A stretch of DNA of 64,000 bases from Heterodontus francisci. Lineage: Eukaryota. A program made the position numbers and the translations under genes. The notes under the pieces were generated by a model, which was not told where the DNA came from, did not search any database, and saw nothing but the letters and a program-made list of their open reading frames with translations. Location: NCBI RefSeq assembly GCF_036365525.1, contig NC_090401.1, forward strand, positions 50,470,771 through 50,534,770. The letters run 5' to 3'. This document shows positions 38,046-50,420 of the stretch, in pieces; the stretch's first letter is position 1, and every line of letters starts with the position of its first letter.

Positions 38046-38515
38046 ATTCCAACGTTTTCCCAGTTCCCTAACCCCAGCATAAGTGCGTGCCTTCAGGGAG
38101 AGGGGAGGGCAAATCCTGTCAGAAATAAAGAGCATTTAACATTTTGTAACACAGCCCTCTTTGATATAACTTAACAGTAGCCCGGGTACGGAAAAGGCAC
38201 TTCTGCATTTGGCTATTTTCTTGCTTGCAAATGGGGAGGAAAAAATGCATACACAGAACCACCAGGGCTTCAAAAGGCAGCATATAGCTACTTCCATTGT
38301 GCACTTCCTTTTACTTGGATTCCCTTTTCTCCGTTCAGCTAGACCGTTGTGAAACCTCCAATTGCAGCTCTTGTTTCTGGGCTTTCGTGCCAGGCAGAAA
38401 TTGTAACTTGCCGAGGTCCTTGTCCCTCCTGTAGCTGACAAAAACGGAAACTTGAGAGGGAGAAAAAGGAAAAAAAAAATCACTGAAGAGGAAATGTCTG
38501 ATCAGAGTCCAAACC

Positions 38516-38615
38516 TACCCACCATCACCCCCCACCGCCTTCCCCTCCTCTCCCCCTCCTCTCCCACTCTCCTCCCTTCCCTCTGCCCTCCCCCTCCCCC
38601 CACTCCCCTCCCCCA
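38516..38615. repeat. Polypyrimidine (CCCT/CCTCT-rich) tract
   Basis: About 100 nt that is almost purely C/T. Confidence 0.85.
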
Positions 38616-40356
38616 TCTCTGATCAGAGCAATGAAGGAATAATGTGACAGGATACTTTGCTGTACTTATCGCTGCTGATTAGGGGACATTTTGAGTTTGT
38701 GGGATGTCACTGCCCTACTGCGTGATCTGCTTCTCTACTGTTGCCCTGTGTTCACAACATTGCCTCTCATCTACATGGAATTAAAATGCTGCTAAGTTTT
38801 GATCCATTGGTAATGTAGAAATAAGAAATGCTGTAAATCAAGAACAGCTGTGTCAGAATCTGGAAATTGAAAAGATAGGTTAACGTTTGGGGTCCTTTTA
38901 TTCATGTTTTTTCTCGTGAGGGAAGCGAAATAACAGTTATGATGGAGGCGCTGCACCCAAAATGTTGTTGACCTCTCATTCAGTCATGTTAAAATCAGCG
39001 GCCTTGAGCATAAGATGTGTAAAGGGTGTATTCCTTTTTTTTTTAAACAAGCTTCGGTTTTATTCAGAATTTTGCAAAAGTGACTAAACTTCAGGTTCTA
39101 AATTTGAATCCAGAACCGTAAACAGCCCTTTCACTTCAGGCCTTTTACCCACCGACTGACCTGTGCACCTTCCAACATTAGCGATTTTTCCTTTTTTTTG
39201 TGATCTGTTTCTGCTTCAGATAGTCGTCATTCGTGTGGGCGAACTTGTGGGAAATGAGGAAGGAATGGTGAGGCAACTGCTGTTAATGTGCCACCGCCTT
39301 GTGGTTTTCCCCCAGAAAGATTGGACACGATTTGCAAAAATACGATCACCCAAAAATATCAGGCATATTCCCTTAAATCCCCACATCATAAAGAATCTGC
39401 TTTGTTGGGTTCAAATCGGTGGTCTTGATCTTAAGGTTTGCAAATGCCTGTTGCTTCATTTTTTTTAAAAAAACAAGTTAGATCAGAGTTCTGCAAAATT
39501 ACTAAATTCTATGTTTGAATCCAAAAAAAAAGGTAAACAAACGCCCTCGCACCTCGGATCTTGCATCCAGCGAGACATCAAGAAAGGGCTTTTTGTGAAT
39601 TAAGGGATTTTTTTCTGATTGAAAATGCTTCAAATCAAATAACAACTTGCTCACTCTGAAGAAGTCATGCGTGTTAAATGAAGATTGATGACTTGTGGAA
39701 ATTCTAAATGTGTTTTTCCCCCCCTCTGGTAAACTGCCAATTAATAATTAATCTGAAAAAGGAATTACAGGGGAGAGGAAAATGCCAGTCTGTCTGTCCC
39801 TCACATCACCCCAACTTACTTGCCTGAATTTTGGAGTGAGAAGAGAAAGGTATTTGTTCCCAGAGCAGCATCTGATTATGCCCCTCCTGTCTAAGCCTAT
39901 TACCCCAGTGTAGTGTTGATCAGTGTTTAGAGGGAGGGGAAGAATTGCATGTGCTGGACAGACCAATGTACAGAAAGCACTGTTGCAAGTGCTTTGTCAG
40001 TTAATTGTGATTTCCTGTAGCTCTTGATTAGAGAATTTTCCAGGTGAACTGTACAGCAGGAGCGATAACGTTTTCTTTTTTAGGCCTGTTTTTGTGATGA
40101 AAGAGTTAACGATCTGACCGCTTTTCTTTGTTTCACTTGCTTTCTGTTGCAAAGAAAGCCGTGCTAGGCAGTGCCACATGCAGGCCGACTATCTTACTGC
40201 AGGCTGCTCCCAGCATTTTGAAGAGTTGGGAAGGCATGAAACCAGCTGAGCCACACTTCTGAGAAAAAGGAATTAGAAAATTATTTAAGATCACCAGATA
40301 AATTTGAAATTGTAATTTGGTCTGTTCAGCGATGCCGAAAAAAATTGTGCGTCACC

Positions 40357-40702
40357 ATAGAAAATTTACGCAACGGGCACAAAAGGAGGCCATTTGCCCC
40401 TTCATGTCTGTGCTGGCCAAGAGCGAGCCAGCCGAATCCCACTTTCCAGCTCTTGGTCTATAGCCCTGTCGGTTACAATACTTCAAGTGCATATCCAAGT
40501 ACTTTTTAAATGTGATGAGGGTTTCTGCCTCTATCGCCCTTTCAGGCAGAGTTTCAGACCCCCACTTCCCTCTGGATGAAAAGATTTCTCCTCAACTCCC
40601 CTCTAATCCTCTGCCAGTTACTTTACATCTATGCCCCCTGGTTATTGCCCTTTCTGTTAAGGGAAGTAAATCCTTCCTATCCATTCTATCCAGGCCCCTC
40701 AC
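40357..40702 (-). mobile_element. CR1 LINE 3' fragment
   Basis: aggaggccattt...ctttcaggcag...tatgccccctggttattg...ctatccaggcccctca. Confidence 0.8.
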
Positions 40703-40958
40703 ATTTTTTTTGTTTCCAATCTCTCCATATCCTCATCCCTCCCTATCTCTAACCTCCTACAACCACCCAGGATCCTTGCGTTCCTCCAATTCTGGCCTCT
40801 TATCATCCCCCCACTTCCTTCAAATTCAATTCAGTTTACAGCAAATATTCCTGATTTACCTTTCCCTAACTATTTTATAAACCTCTTGGGGATTTCCTTT
40901 CAAGGCTGAAAAGTCAAGCGTGTCTCCAGTTTTTGCTCATTGCTCAGAATGTTGACAC

Positions 40959-41271
40959 TAAAGGCCGGCTCAGGTCTGCAAATGAGACCTGAACCGAGCC
41001 CGGCCCGACCCGAGTCCTTCCATTTTTTTCCCGTGCCCAACCCGATCCGACCCGACCATCAGTTAGCCTACCTTCCATTTTTCACTTTGTTCTTTACCTG
41101 CACAAGCTTAAAATAACTAACGAAACCACCTTTAAAGTCCAAAAAGTAAATTAACATTAGAGTCACTTACCTGAGGTGGTGATAGAGCGTGTCCGATCCA
41201 GCCCGCCCTGACCTGAGCCCGAATGCCAGACCTGGAAGTGCCTCGGGTTTGGGTCAGGTAGCAGACCTTTA
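40959..41271. mobile_element. hAT-type MITE related to 15958-16321
   Basis: TIRs taaaggccggct / agcagaccttta, 8-bp TSD gttgacac / ctcgacac, and CCCGA subterminal repeats. Confidence 0.78.
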
Positions 41272-41719
41272 CTCGACACTACAGGTCAACCATATGGTTC
41301 TTCCAACAACAAAAGTTTGCATTTATATAGCACCTTTAACATAATACAATGCCCCAAGGCATTTCACAGGCATGTTATCGCCCAAGGTTTGACACCAAGC
41401 CACAGATGGAGATATAAGGACAGGTGAAAGATATAAGATGGAGATATAAGGACAGGACCAAAAGCTTGGTCAAAGAGGTAGGTCTTAGAGGAGGAGAGGC
41501 AAAAAGGTTTAGGGAGGGAATTCCAGAATTTAGGGCCTTGGCAGCTGAAAGCATGGCCGCTTTTGGTGGAGCGATTTAAAATAGAGGATTTAAGATACCC
41601 CAGGGGTGTAGGACTCACGATGGGCTGAAGGGCCTGTTTCTGTGCTGTATGACTCTATGACTGGAGGGGGTTAGAGAGATGAGAATGTGCCGGAGGCCAT
41701 GGAGGGATTTGGAAACAAG

Positions 41720-42432
41720 GGGCAGGATTTTGCGTTTTATGTTGGGACCCCCCAACATCGTGGTCAGATGCGGGTCCCAACCTTAAACTGTTGGAAGCAG
41801 TCACCGGACAGTGACTTTGCCTTGATTGGCCATTAGCGGCCAGAGGGCGTGCTTGCCAAACAATTAAGGATGGTGGGCGGGCTCTTGAAGGTGGAGGGCT
41901 AATAGGAGGCTCTCCAGGATGGATGGAACTGCAGCCTGCCATTGCAGGTAAGGGAGAGAGAGGGCTCCTCCATCTCGACGCCACTTCTAAGCAACTTTAG
42001 CAAATCTGAAATAACAGATCACCACAGTTACTAGACCACCATTGTGGAGGGGAAACCCCTCCATAGGGCGGCCTCCAGCCGCAGTTGTGGCCAGGAACGT
42101 GGGGCAGGGGGTGCCTGTCTCTGAGTCAGCCTTGAGTGCTGGCCCCAGAGAAGCCACCTCCAGGCAGCTGCTGATGCCAGTTGGGGGCGGGGGGGAGGGG
42201 CTGGGTTCCCTCATGGCGGCTGGAAAATTCATATCAGCCTCTGATAATTGGCCATAATTGGGCTTTAAATTACCTAAAATATCTACCCACTACTTTCAGG
42301 CGGGGAGCCATTCCACCTGATCTGGTCTCCAGGATAATTGCTTTGGGACGGGATGATGCCGGCAAACCAGCACGCAGCTCGAAATTACGCACCCACTGTT
42401 CCTGCCCCCAATTTGGGGCAAAAACCCTGCCC
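41720..42432. mobile_element. PIF/Harbinger-type MITE
   Basis: TIRs gggcaggattttgc / gcaaaaaccctgccc and a 3-bp TSD aag. The empty site aaacaaggatgag is seen in the L2 copy at about 50190. Confidence 0.8.
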
Positions 42433-42464
42433 AAGGATGAGCATTTTAAAATTGAGGCATTAAT

Positions 42465-42817
42465 TAGATTAGATTAGAGATACAGCACTGAAACAGGCCC
42501 TTCGGCCCACCGAGTCTGTGCCGAACATCAACCACCCATTTATACTAATCCTACACTAATCCCATATTCCTACCAAACATCCCCACCTGTCCCTATATTT
42601 CCCGACCACCTACCTATACTAGTGACAATTTATAATGGCCAATTTACCTATCAACCTGCAAGTCTTTTGGCTTGTGGGAGGAAACCGGAGCACCCGGAGA
42701 AAACCCACGCAGACACAGGGAGAACTTGCAAACTCCACACAGGCAGTACCCGGAATCGAACCTGGGTCCCTGGAGCTGTGAGGCTGCGGTGCTAACCACT
42801 GCGCCACTGTGCCGCCC
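42465..42817 (-). mobile_element. V-SINE (HE1-like), full length
   Basis: Minus strand gggcggcacagtggcgcagtggttagc..., V-core, (tctaa)n tail and TSD taat. Confidence 0.92.
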
Positions 42818-43968
42818 TAATGTGCCGGAAACAAACTTAGCTCAGCAAGCACAGTGCTGATGGGCAAATGGGACTTGGTGCGGTCTAGGATACAGGCAAC
42901 AGAGTTTTGGATGAGCTCAAGTTTATGGTGGGTACAACATTTGATGCTGGCAAGGAGAGCATTGGATTAGCCATGTCTAAGGGTAACAAAGCACTGCCTC
43001 CTGCAGGTGAATATCTCTTGTGTCTCCGTGATCAGCCACAGTGTATGATTCGATTACAACTTCCATCCTGCTGTCTTGGCTTTCCTCTTACTGAGATTTT
43101 CTTCTCCCCTGAATGTGCGGACTGTACCCAGTCATCATTTGTGAGTCCCGACACAGAGTAGTGACGGGCCATTAATTGTGGAGGGGAAACACAACTGAGC
43201 CCGATTGTGCTCATCGGTTAGTTTGGCCTCCATGCCAGAGGAAGGGTGTCAAGTTAATAGAGAGGGTACAGTGCAGATTCGCTCGGGTGCTGCCTAGTGT
43301 GAGAAAAGGCAGATTTCATTAGAAGAGATTACAGGGCGAGTTGTTTAAAGTTATGAAGGGATGGCACAGAGGAGATAAAGAGTGTTTCTAGTGTTTGAGG
43401 GGTCTAGAATGAGGGGACATGGATATAAGATAAAAATGTAAGAGATTTAGGACAGAGAGCAGGAGAAATATTTTTATACAGGGGGTTTGGAGATTGTAAA
43501 ATCACTACTGGGATTATTGATTAAAGCAGAGACCATATCAGCAATTAAGAATAGGTTAAAGGAAAGGAGAATAAAGCATTACAGGAGAAGAATAGACCCA
43601 TGGGATGAAGATTACTGTCATGAGAGGAGGGATAGAGTCAATACAGCACAGAAGGAGGCCATTTGATCCATCATGTCCATGTTGGAAATGTCCTGTTTCC
43701 ATGTTATAATTTCTACATAATATCTGCACAACAGCAAATTCCAGTGAAGGTGTGTTTGAGAGAAGATTGTGATCATGTGCAGGAATTCTGGCTGATTTTT
43801 ATTTATTTACCCTTCCTTAGACCAGGGGTACTGAGACCAATTGTAGCACCAGTGTTAAGACTGAGAATGAAACCTGGGATGATTGTGGCCAGTTTGGGTC
43901 AGTGATATTATTAGCAATTATTGGAACAGCTTTGTAAAAACAATTATGTAAACATGCAGTGATATAAT

Positions 43969-45413
43969 GGGCCAAATCTTCCTGATTAAAGAAACCGGCG
44001 TGTCAACGATGCTTGCTGTTATTAACATGGAAATTAACCAGCAAATTCAGAGGATGAAAAGATAGGCTGAGAGTTTCGAATCTCCAGAACTCTCAGATTG
44101 GCGTAAATCAACCAATCATTTGCTTCTCACAAACGGCATCTCGCCCGGAGCTACCCCATTATTTTTAAGAACTTGCTAGATTTGCATGCTAATTGTCCAT
44201 TAAACTCACCATAGAAACTTAGAACTCATAATTACTAGCATAAAGACCCTTTCAATGATGTGATAATTGTTAATGCAAGTCAACCAATTTCTCTGGTCCA
44301 TAAAGGCAACAATTTAAATGGTTGGATTTTAGTCCTGTGTGCAGTAACTTGTTAGAAATTTTAAGAAGGTAATTTTTTTTCCTTTTTGTCTTTGTCTTTT
44401 TGTCTCTCTCTTAGTCCAATCCTTCTTTCCTTCTCTTTATTTACTGTTCTGTACTTTGCTCTAATACACCCTCCTTTTGTGTCGTTTCCTCCCTTCCTTT
44501 CTCAATCCTTAAATCTCATCAGTTGAAGAACAAAAGAACAAGAACAAAGAACAGTACAGCACAGGAACAAGCCATTCGGCCCTCCAAGCCTGCGCCGATC
44601 TTGATGCCTGCCTAAACTAACACTTCCGGGGCCCATTTCCCTCTATTCCCTTCCTATTCATGTATTTGTCAAGATGTCTCTTAAATGTCGCTATCGTACC
44701 TGCTTCCACCACCTCCCCTGGCAGCAAGTTCCAGGCACTCACCACCCTCTGTGTAAAAAAAACTTGCCTCGCACATCCCCTCTAAACTTTGCCCCTCGCA
44801 CCTTAAACCTCTGTCCCCTAGTAACTGACTCTTCCACCCTGGGAAAAAGCTTCTGACTATCCACTCTGTCCATGCCGCTCATAACTTTGTAAACCTCTAT
44901 CATGTCGCCCCTCCACCTCCGTCGTTCCAGTGAAAACAATCCGTGTTTTTCCAACCTCTCCTCATAGCTAATCCCCTCCAGACCAGGCAGCATCCTGGTA
45001 AGCCTCCTCTGTACCCTCTCCAAAGCCTCCACGTCCTTCTGGTAGTGTGGCGACCAGAATTGCACGCAATATTCTAAGTGTGGCCTAACTAAGGTTCTGT
45101 ACAGCTGCAACATGACTTGCCAATTTTTATACTCTATGCCCCGACCGATGAAGGCAAGCATGCCGTATGCCTTCTTGACTACCTTATCCACCTGCGTTGC
45201 CACTTTCAGTGACCTGTGGACCTGTACGCCCAGATGAACTGTTGGTGCCTTTGGTCACTGAGGTTCCAGATGCCCAGATGCCCTCACCATGCCATGATAA
45301 ACTCGCACTGTCAGCAAGTTACAGCGAAAACATTTCTTGACCTGAAGACCCCAGGAAGAAGTCTAACTAACAGGGCACACCGTGAGATGTCCCACTCCCG
45401 CAAGATCTGGCCC
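43969..45413. mobile_element. Older Harbinger-type non-autonomous element interrupted by CR1
   Basis: TIRs gggccaaatctt / aagatctggccc and a degenerate 3-bp TSD aat/agt. Confidence 0.6.
44527..45236 (-). mobile_element. CR1 LINE 3' fragment (relatively young)
   Basis: Open frame ATQVDKVVKKAYGMLAFIGRGIEYK...[17 protein letters not shown] and a (ttcttg)-type tail. Confidence 0.92.
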
Positions 45414-46004
45414 AGTATTGTAGATCTTGATAACTTTGTTCCTTCTGCAAAAAAACAGCTGCCAGTTTAAGAAAATATTTTCCTAGTTCTCAAGTTGCCC
45501 ACATTCCCAACCAGTAACTTTCTCCTGGAGAGCAAAGTTCACTTTTGATTTAATGAAATGAGGCAGAGATTTTACTATAAACTGTTTGAATAAAGGCCTC
45601 ATTTATGAAATAATTTCCCTTCCTAAATTCTCATCATTCATTCCCTAATTGACACTGATCAAGTGCTTCCATTTTATTTGTGTATGTGTGTATATGTGTG
45701 TGTGTTTGACTTCATTAGCAAAATGGAAATTGAAGCAATACTGCTTTCTACATTCAGTTTGTGTTTTATATTTTTTTGTGAAATTGCAAAATTCAACTCA
45801 AAATGTAAATTACCAGTTAGTCCTGAACATAACAAACTCATTTCCACTACTGCATAGGGACCATGTTTTCAAGTCCCTCCATGGTTTCACCCCACCCTAT
45901 CTCTGTAATCTGAACCAGCCCTACAACCCTGCTGGGACCGGAAGAAAATAAGCAAGAAAAATGCTGGACTGTCATAAAAGCCCAAATGATTCACTAGTTG
46001 GCAC

Positions 46005-46413
46005 CGTACCATTCATCCACCACCTCGCTACTCGCTGACCACATTGGCTCCCAGTCCGGCAACACCTAAAATTCTCATCTTGCTTTCAAATCCCTCTTCA
46101 ACCTCGCTCCTCCTTATCTCTGTAACCTCCTCCAGCCCTAGAACCCTCCGTGATTCATCTGCTCTTCCAATTCTGCCTCTTGCGCATCCCCAATTTTCAT
46201 TGTTCCACCATTGGCAGCCATGCCTTCAGTTGCCTTGGACCTAAGCTCTGGAATTCTTTCCTTAAAACTTCTCTGTTTCTCTCTCCTCCTTCTGGTTGCC
46301 TATCCTAATATCTCCTTATATGGCTTGGTGCCAAATTTTGCTTAATAGTACTCCTGTGAAGCGCCTTGGGATGCTTTACTATGGTATCGGTGCTATATAA
46401 ATGCATGTTGTTG
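46005..46413 (+). mobile_element. L2-like LINE 3' fragment
   Basis: ctcgctgaccacattggctccc...aagctctggaattc...gctatataaatgcatgttgttg. Confidence 0.78.
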
Positions 46414-47032
46414 TATGGTGTGATACTGAGCCATGCTGACCAGAAGGGCCCTGGTTCAATCCCTGGTCTGTGGGCACTTTTATTACTAGTCTTTTATCAT
46501 TATTTGGAAGAGTGACTTATTGGTGCTGCCTTTCTGCTGGTGCTGGTCTACATTTAAGGCACTGCTTGCCTGAATTTCTGTTGGTGCATTTTTATGTTTT
46601 AGCCTGTTCCCTCCTGCCTTCATGCTACCACTGTCCATGTAAGCATGTCAGAGACTGCTTTAGAGAACAGGCCCAGTAACACAATGTGATATAGTGTGCA
46701 GTTTGTGGGCCAGGGAAGGTGACTCAAAGAGGTGACACTGTTTTGTATCTCATTGCAAGTGCACTGAATCTGATCAATGAGTTGAACAGGCTAGAAGAGA
46801 AGATCTTTATTTGCAGTCGACCAACAGACTGATAAGAAAGTGGATTTCCACTGCTTTTAGCAAGGACTCGAGCAAGGCATAATTAGCTTATGATGAGCCA
46901 GATGAGGCAGTAGTTGTAGCATGGCAGGGGTCTCACCATCCCTTGGCTCTCAGGGGAGTTGACCACCAGGGTTCCTGTACCCGATGACGGTTGTAAGGTA
47001 GAACTAAAGCAGTTTTTGAGTGCCTTAGGTAT

Positions 47033-47460
47033 TAACTGTGGCTCAGTGGGTAGCGCTCTTGCCACTGATTCAGAAGGTCATGGGTTCAAGCCCTACTCCA
47101 GAGTCTCTTGCATGTAATCCAGGCTGACACTCCCAGTGCAGTGCTGAGGGAGTGCGACACTGTCAGAGGTTCTGTCTTTCAGACGAGATGTTCAACCGAA
47201 GCCATTTCAGGTGGATGTAAAAGATCCCATGGCACTAAAGCTAGGGAGATCTCCCCAGTGTCTTGGCCAATATTTAACCTTCAACCAACATCACTGAAAC
47301 AGATTATCCGGTCTTAATCTCATTTGTTGTGGGACCTTGCTGAACACGAATTGGCTGCTGTGTTTCCTACATTACAACAATGACTACACTTCAAAAAGTA
47401 CTCCATTGGCTGGAAAGCATTTTGGGAAGTTTCAAGGACCTGAATGGGGCTATATCAAGA
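47033..47460 (+). mobile_element. Deu-domain SINE
   Basis: gtggctcagtgggtagc head, Deu core and tail. Confidence 0.87.
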
Positions 47461-48539
47461 CAAGTTGTTTTTAAAACTGTGTTCATTCCATTCTATGTAA
47501 TGGCAACAATTACTCCTTAAGTGAATAAGAAGGTCCTTATTACTTACTGGTAGACTCACATGGAAATCTGGAGGACAATCTCTAAATTTTAACCACAACC
47601 CTGCCCTGTCCTCCTGGAATTGCCTGTACTGCCCCTGAAGCCCTCTTTGCACTGTGGTCCCGACCTGGGAGCAGGAAACCTGGGTACTTCCTGATTAACC
47701 GGTGAGAAGGCGGGGACGTTATGAGGAAATGTTAAAGTGTGTTTTTAAACAGACATTGTAGTCATGGACTGGAGGGTATTGCCAGTCCAAATGATACAAG
47801 GTGGGATCTTGGAAAGGGGAGGGGTGGGTGCTTTCACCTCTTGACGTTAATTCTGTTTCAGACTGAGGATGGGATCTGACTATAGAGTTATACTAGCTGG
47901 TCCTCTCGTATCAATGAGCAGCAAATGAACGCTCTGCTTCAACATGAATGTGCCTCCTTATATTTATCATCCCACCCGACTGTTTACTATTTGTACTCTA
48001 CCCCAGTTCATCCTTGGCTGATTTTTGGCTCTATTCTTGTGTTTATTTACTTCAGCTTGTTACTTTTCCCTTTCATTCTTACTAAATCACTAATTTTGCT
48101 CATTGCATTCTCTATCTCTTGCTTTACCCGTCACTGTTTTCCTCCTCTACTTTCTAGTCTTGTTTGCTTTTTGCTAGGTGACCTGATTATGTTCTGTTCC
48201 GGACCAGGAAAATTACACAGAATGATCCCACATGTACAATCCTTTACCTCTTCCCTGCCAAAAAAATGTTGTGAAAAAATGGCATCAAGTCAACATATGA
48301 AGAGTTCAGGGAAGGAAGTAAAATGAAAGACCAAGACTGGTAAGAGAAGGGAAGTCCTTAATTGTCCATGTTCCCAGCGATGCTATTTTTACACTGCGGA
48401 CTTGTGTGGATCTCCCCCTGACACTGTTGAAATTCTGTGGCTGAGTACTTCATGGTTTGAGTGTGGTTTTTGAACAGCTTTCCACTTGCAGTTATCTCTG
48501 AGCTGCCGTCATAGACTTGAAACTGTGCCATAGCAGGAA

Positions 48540-50420
48540 GTCAACAATAAATTACATTTATGTAGAGCCTTCAATGTAATAAGGTATCCCAAGGTGCTTC
48601 TCAGGAGCGTTAGCAATCAAAATTTGACACATGGCTACATAAGGAGATATCAGGACAGATGACCAAATGCTTGGTCAAAGACATAGGTTTTAAGGAGTGT
48701 CTTAAAGAAATCAAGAGGTAGAGAGGTTTAGGGGGGGAATTCCAGAGCATAGGGCCTAGGCAGCTGAAGGCATGGCCACCAGCAGTAGAGCAATTTTAAA
48801 AAGATTTATTCATTCATGGGATGTGGGCGTCGCTGGCTAGGCCAGCATTTATTGCCCATCCCTAATTGCCTTTGAGAAGGTGGTGGTGAGCCGCCTTCTT
48901 GAATCGCTGCAATCCATGTGGGGTAGGTACACCCACAGTGCTGTTAGGAAGGGAGTTGCAGGATTTTGACCCAACGACAGTGAAGGAACAGCGATATAGT
49001 TCCGTCAGGATGGTGTGTGACTTGGAGGGGAACTTGCAGGTGGTGGTGTGCCCATGCATTTGCTGCCCTTGTCCTTCTAATTGGTAGAGGTCACGGGTTT
49101 AGAAGGTGCTGTCTAAGGAGCCTTGGTGCATTGCTGCAGTCCATCTTGTAGATGGTACACACTGCTGCCACTGTGCACCGGTGGTGGAGGGAGTGAATGT
49201 TTGTAGATGGGGTGCCAATCAAACGGGCTGCTTTGTCCTGGATGGTGGCGAGCTTCTTGAATGTTGTTGTAGCTGCACCCATCCAGGCAAGTGCAGAGTA
49301 TTCCATCACACTCCTGACTTGTGCCTTGTAGATGGTGGACAGGCTTTGGGGAGTCAGGAGATGAGTTACTTGCTGCAGGATTCCTAGCCTCTGACCTGCT
49401 CTTGTAGCCATCATATTTATATGGCTGGTCCAGTTCAGTTTCTGGTCAATGGTAGCCCCTAGGATGTTGATAGTGGGGGATTCAGTGATGGTAATGCCAT
49501 TGAATGTCAAGGGGAGATGGTAAGATACTCTCTTGTTAGAGATGGTCGTTGTCTGGCACATGTGTGGCGTGAATGTTATTTGCCACTTATCAGCCCAAGC
49601 CCGGATATTGTCCAGATCTTGCTGCATTTCTACATAGACTGCTTCAGTATCTGAGGAGTCACGAATGGTGCTGAACATTGTGCAATCATCAGAGAACATC
49701 CCCACTTCTAACCTTATGATTGAAGGAAGGTCATTGATGAAGCAGCTGAAGATGGTTGGGCCTAGGACATTACCCTGAGGAAGTCCTGCAGTGATTTCCT
49801 GGAGCTCAGATGATTGACCTCCAACAACCACAACCATCTTCCTTTGTTTTAGGTATGACTCCAACCAGCGGAGGGTTTTCCCCCTGATTCCCATTGACCT
49901 CAGTTTTGCTAGGTCTCCTTGATGCCATACTCGGTCAAATGCAGCCTTGATGTCAAGGGCAGTCACTCTCACCTCACCTCTTGAGTTCAGCTCTTTTGTC
50001 CATGTTTGAACCAAGGCTGTAATGAAGTCAGGAGCTGAGTGGCCCTGGCAGAACCCAAACTGAGCGTCACTAGCAGATTATTACTAAGAAAGTGCAAAAG
50101 ACCACAATTAGAGAAGTGCAGATATCTTGGGAGGGTTGTGGGCTGGAGGGAGGTTACACAGATTGGGAGGGGGCCATGGAGAGATGTGAAAACAAGGATG
50201 AGAATTTTATAATCGGTGTTGCCGGAGCAGTAGCCAATGTAAACCAGCAAGCACAGAGGTGATGGGCCAATAGGACATGTTGCGAGTTAGGATACAGCCA
50301 GCAGAGTTTTGCACAAGTTCAAATTTACGTTGGGTGGAAAATGGGAGGCTGGTGAGATGAAAATTGGAATAGGCAAATTGAGAGGTAACTAACTGTAAAT
50401 TCAAGAAAACCAGGAGTTTT
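48540..50420 (-). mobile_element. L2-like LINE 3' portion split by a younger LINE
   Basis: 48540-48795 and 50095-50420 are contiguous L2 sequence (QNSAGCILT...ITSVLAGLHWL). Confidence 0.75.
48805..50092 (-). mobile_element. 5'-truncated non-LTR retrotransposon (CR1/L2 superclade, distinct from the main CR1 family)
   Basis: 307-aa RT frame (ALDIKAAFDRVWH, GLPQGNVLGP, MFSDD, IYKAQVRSVMEY) and tail atgggcaataaatgctggcctagccagcgacgcccacatcccatgaatgaat. Confidence 0.88.

Larger units (their letters stand above)
41305..43000 (-). mobile_element. L2-like LINE 3' portion carrying three nested insertions
   Basis: Colinear with the L2 at 48540-50420 once the CR1 tail (about 41600-41662), MITE (41720-42432) and V-SINE (42465-42817) are removed. 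Confidence 0.75.
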
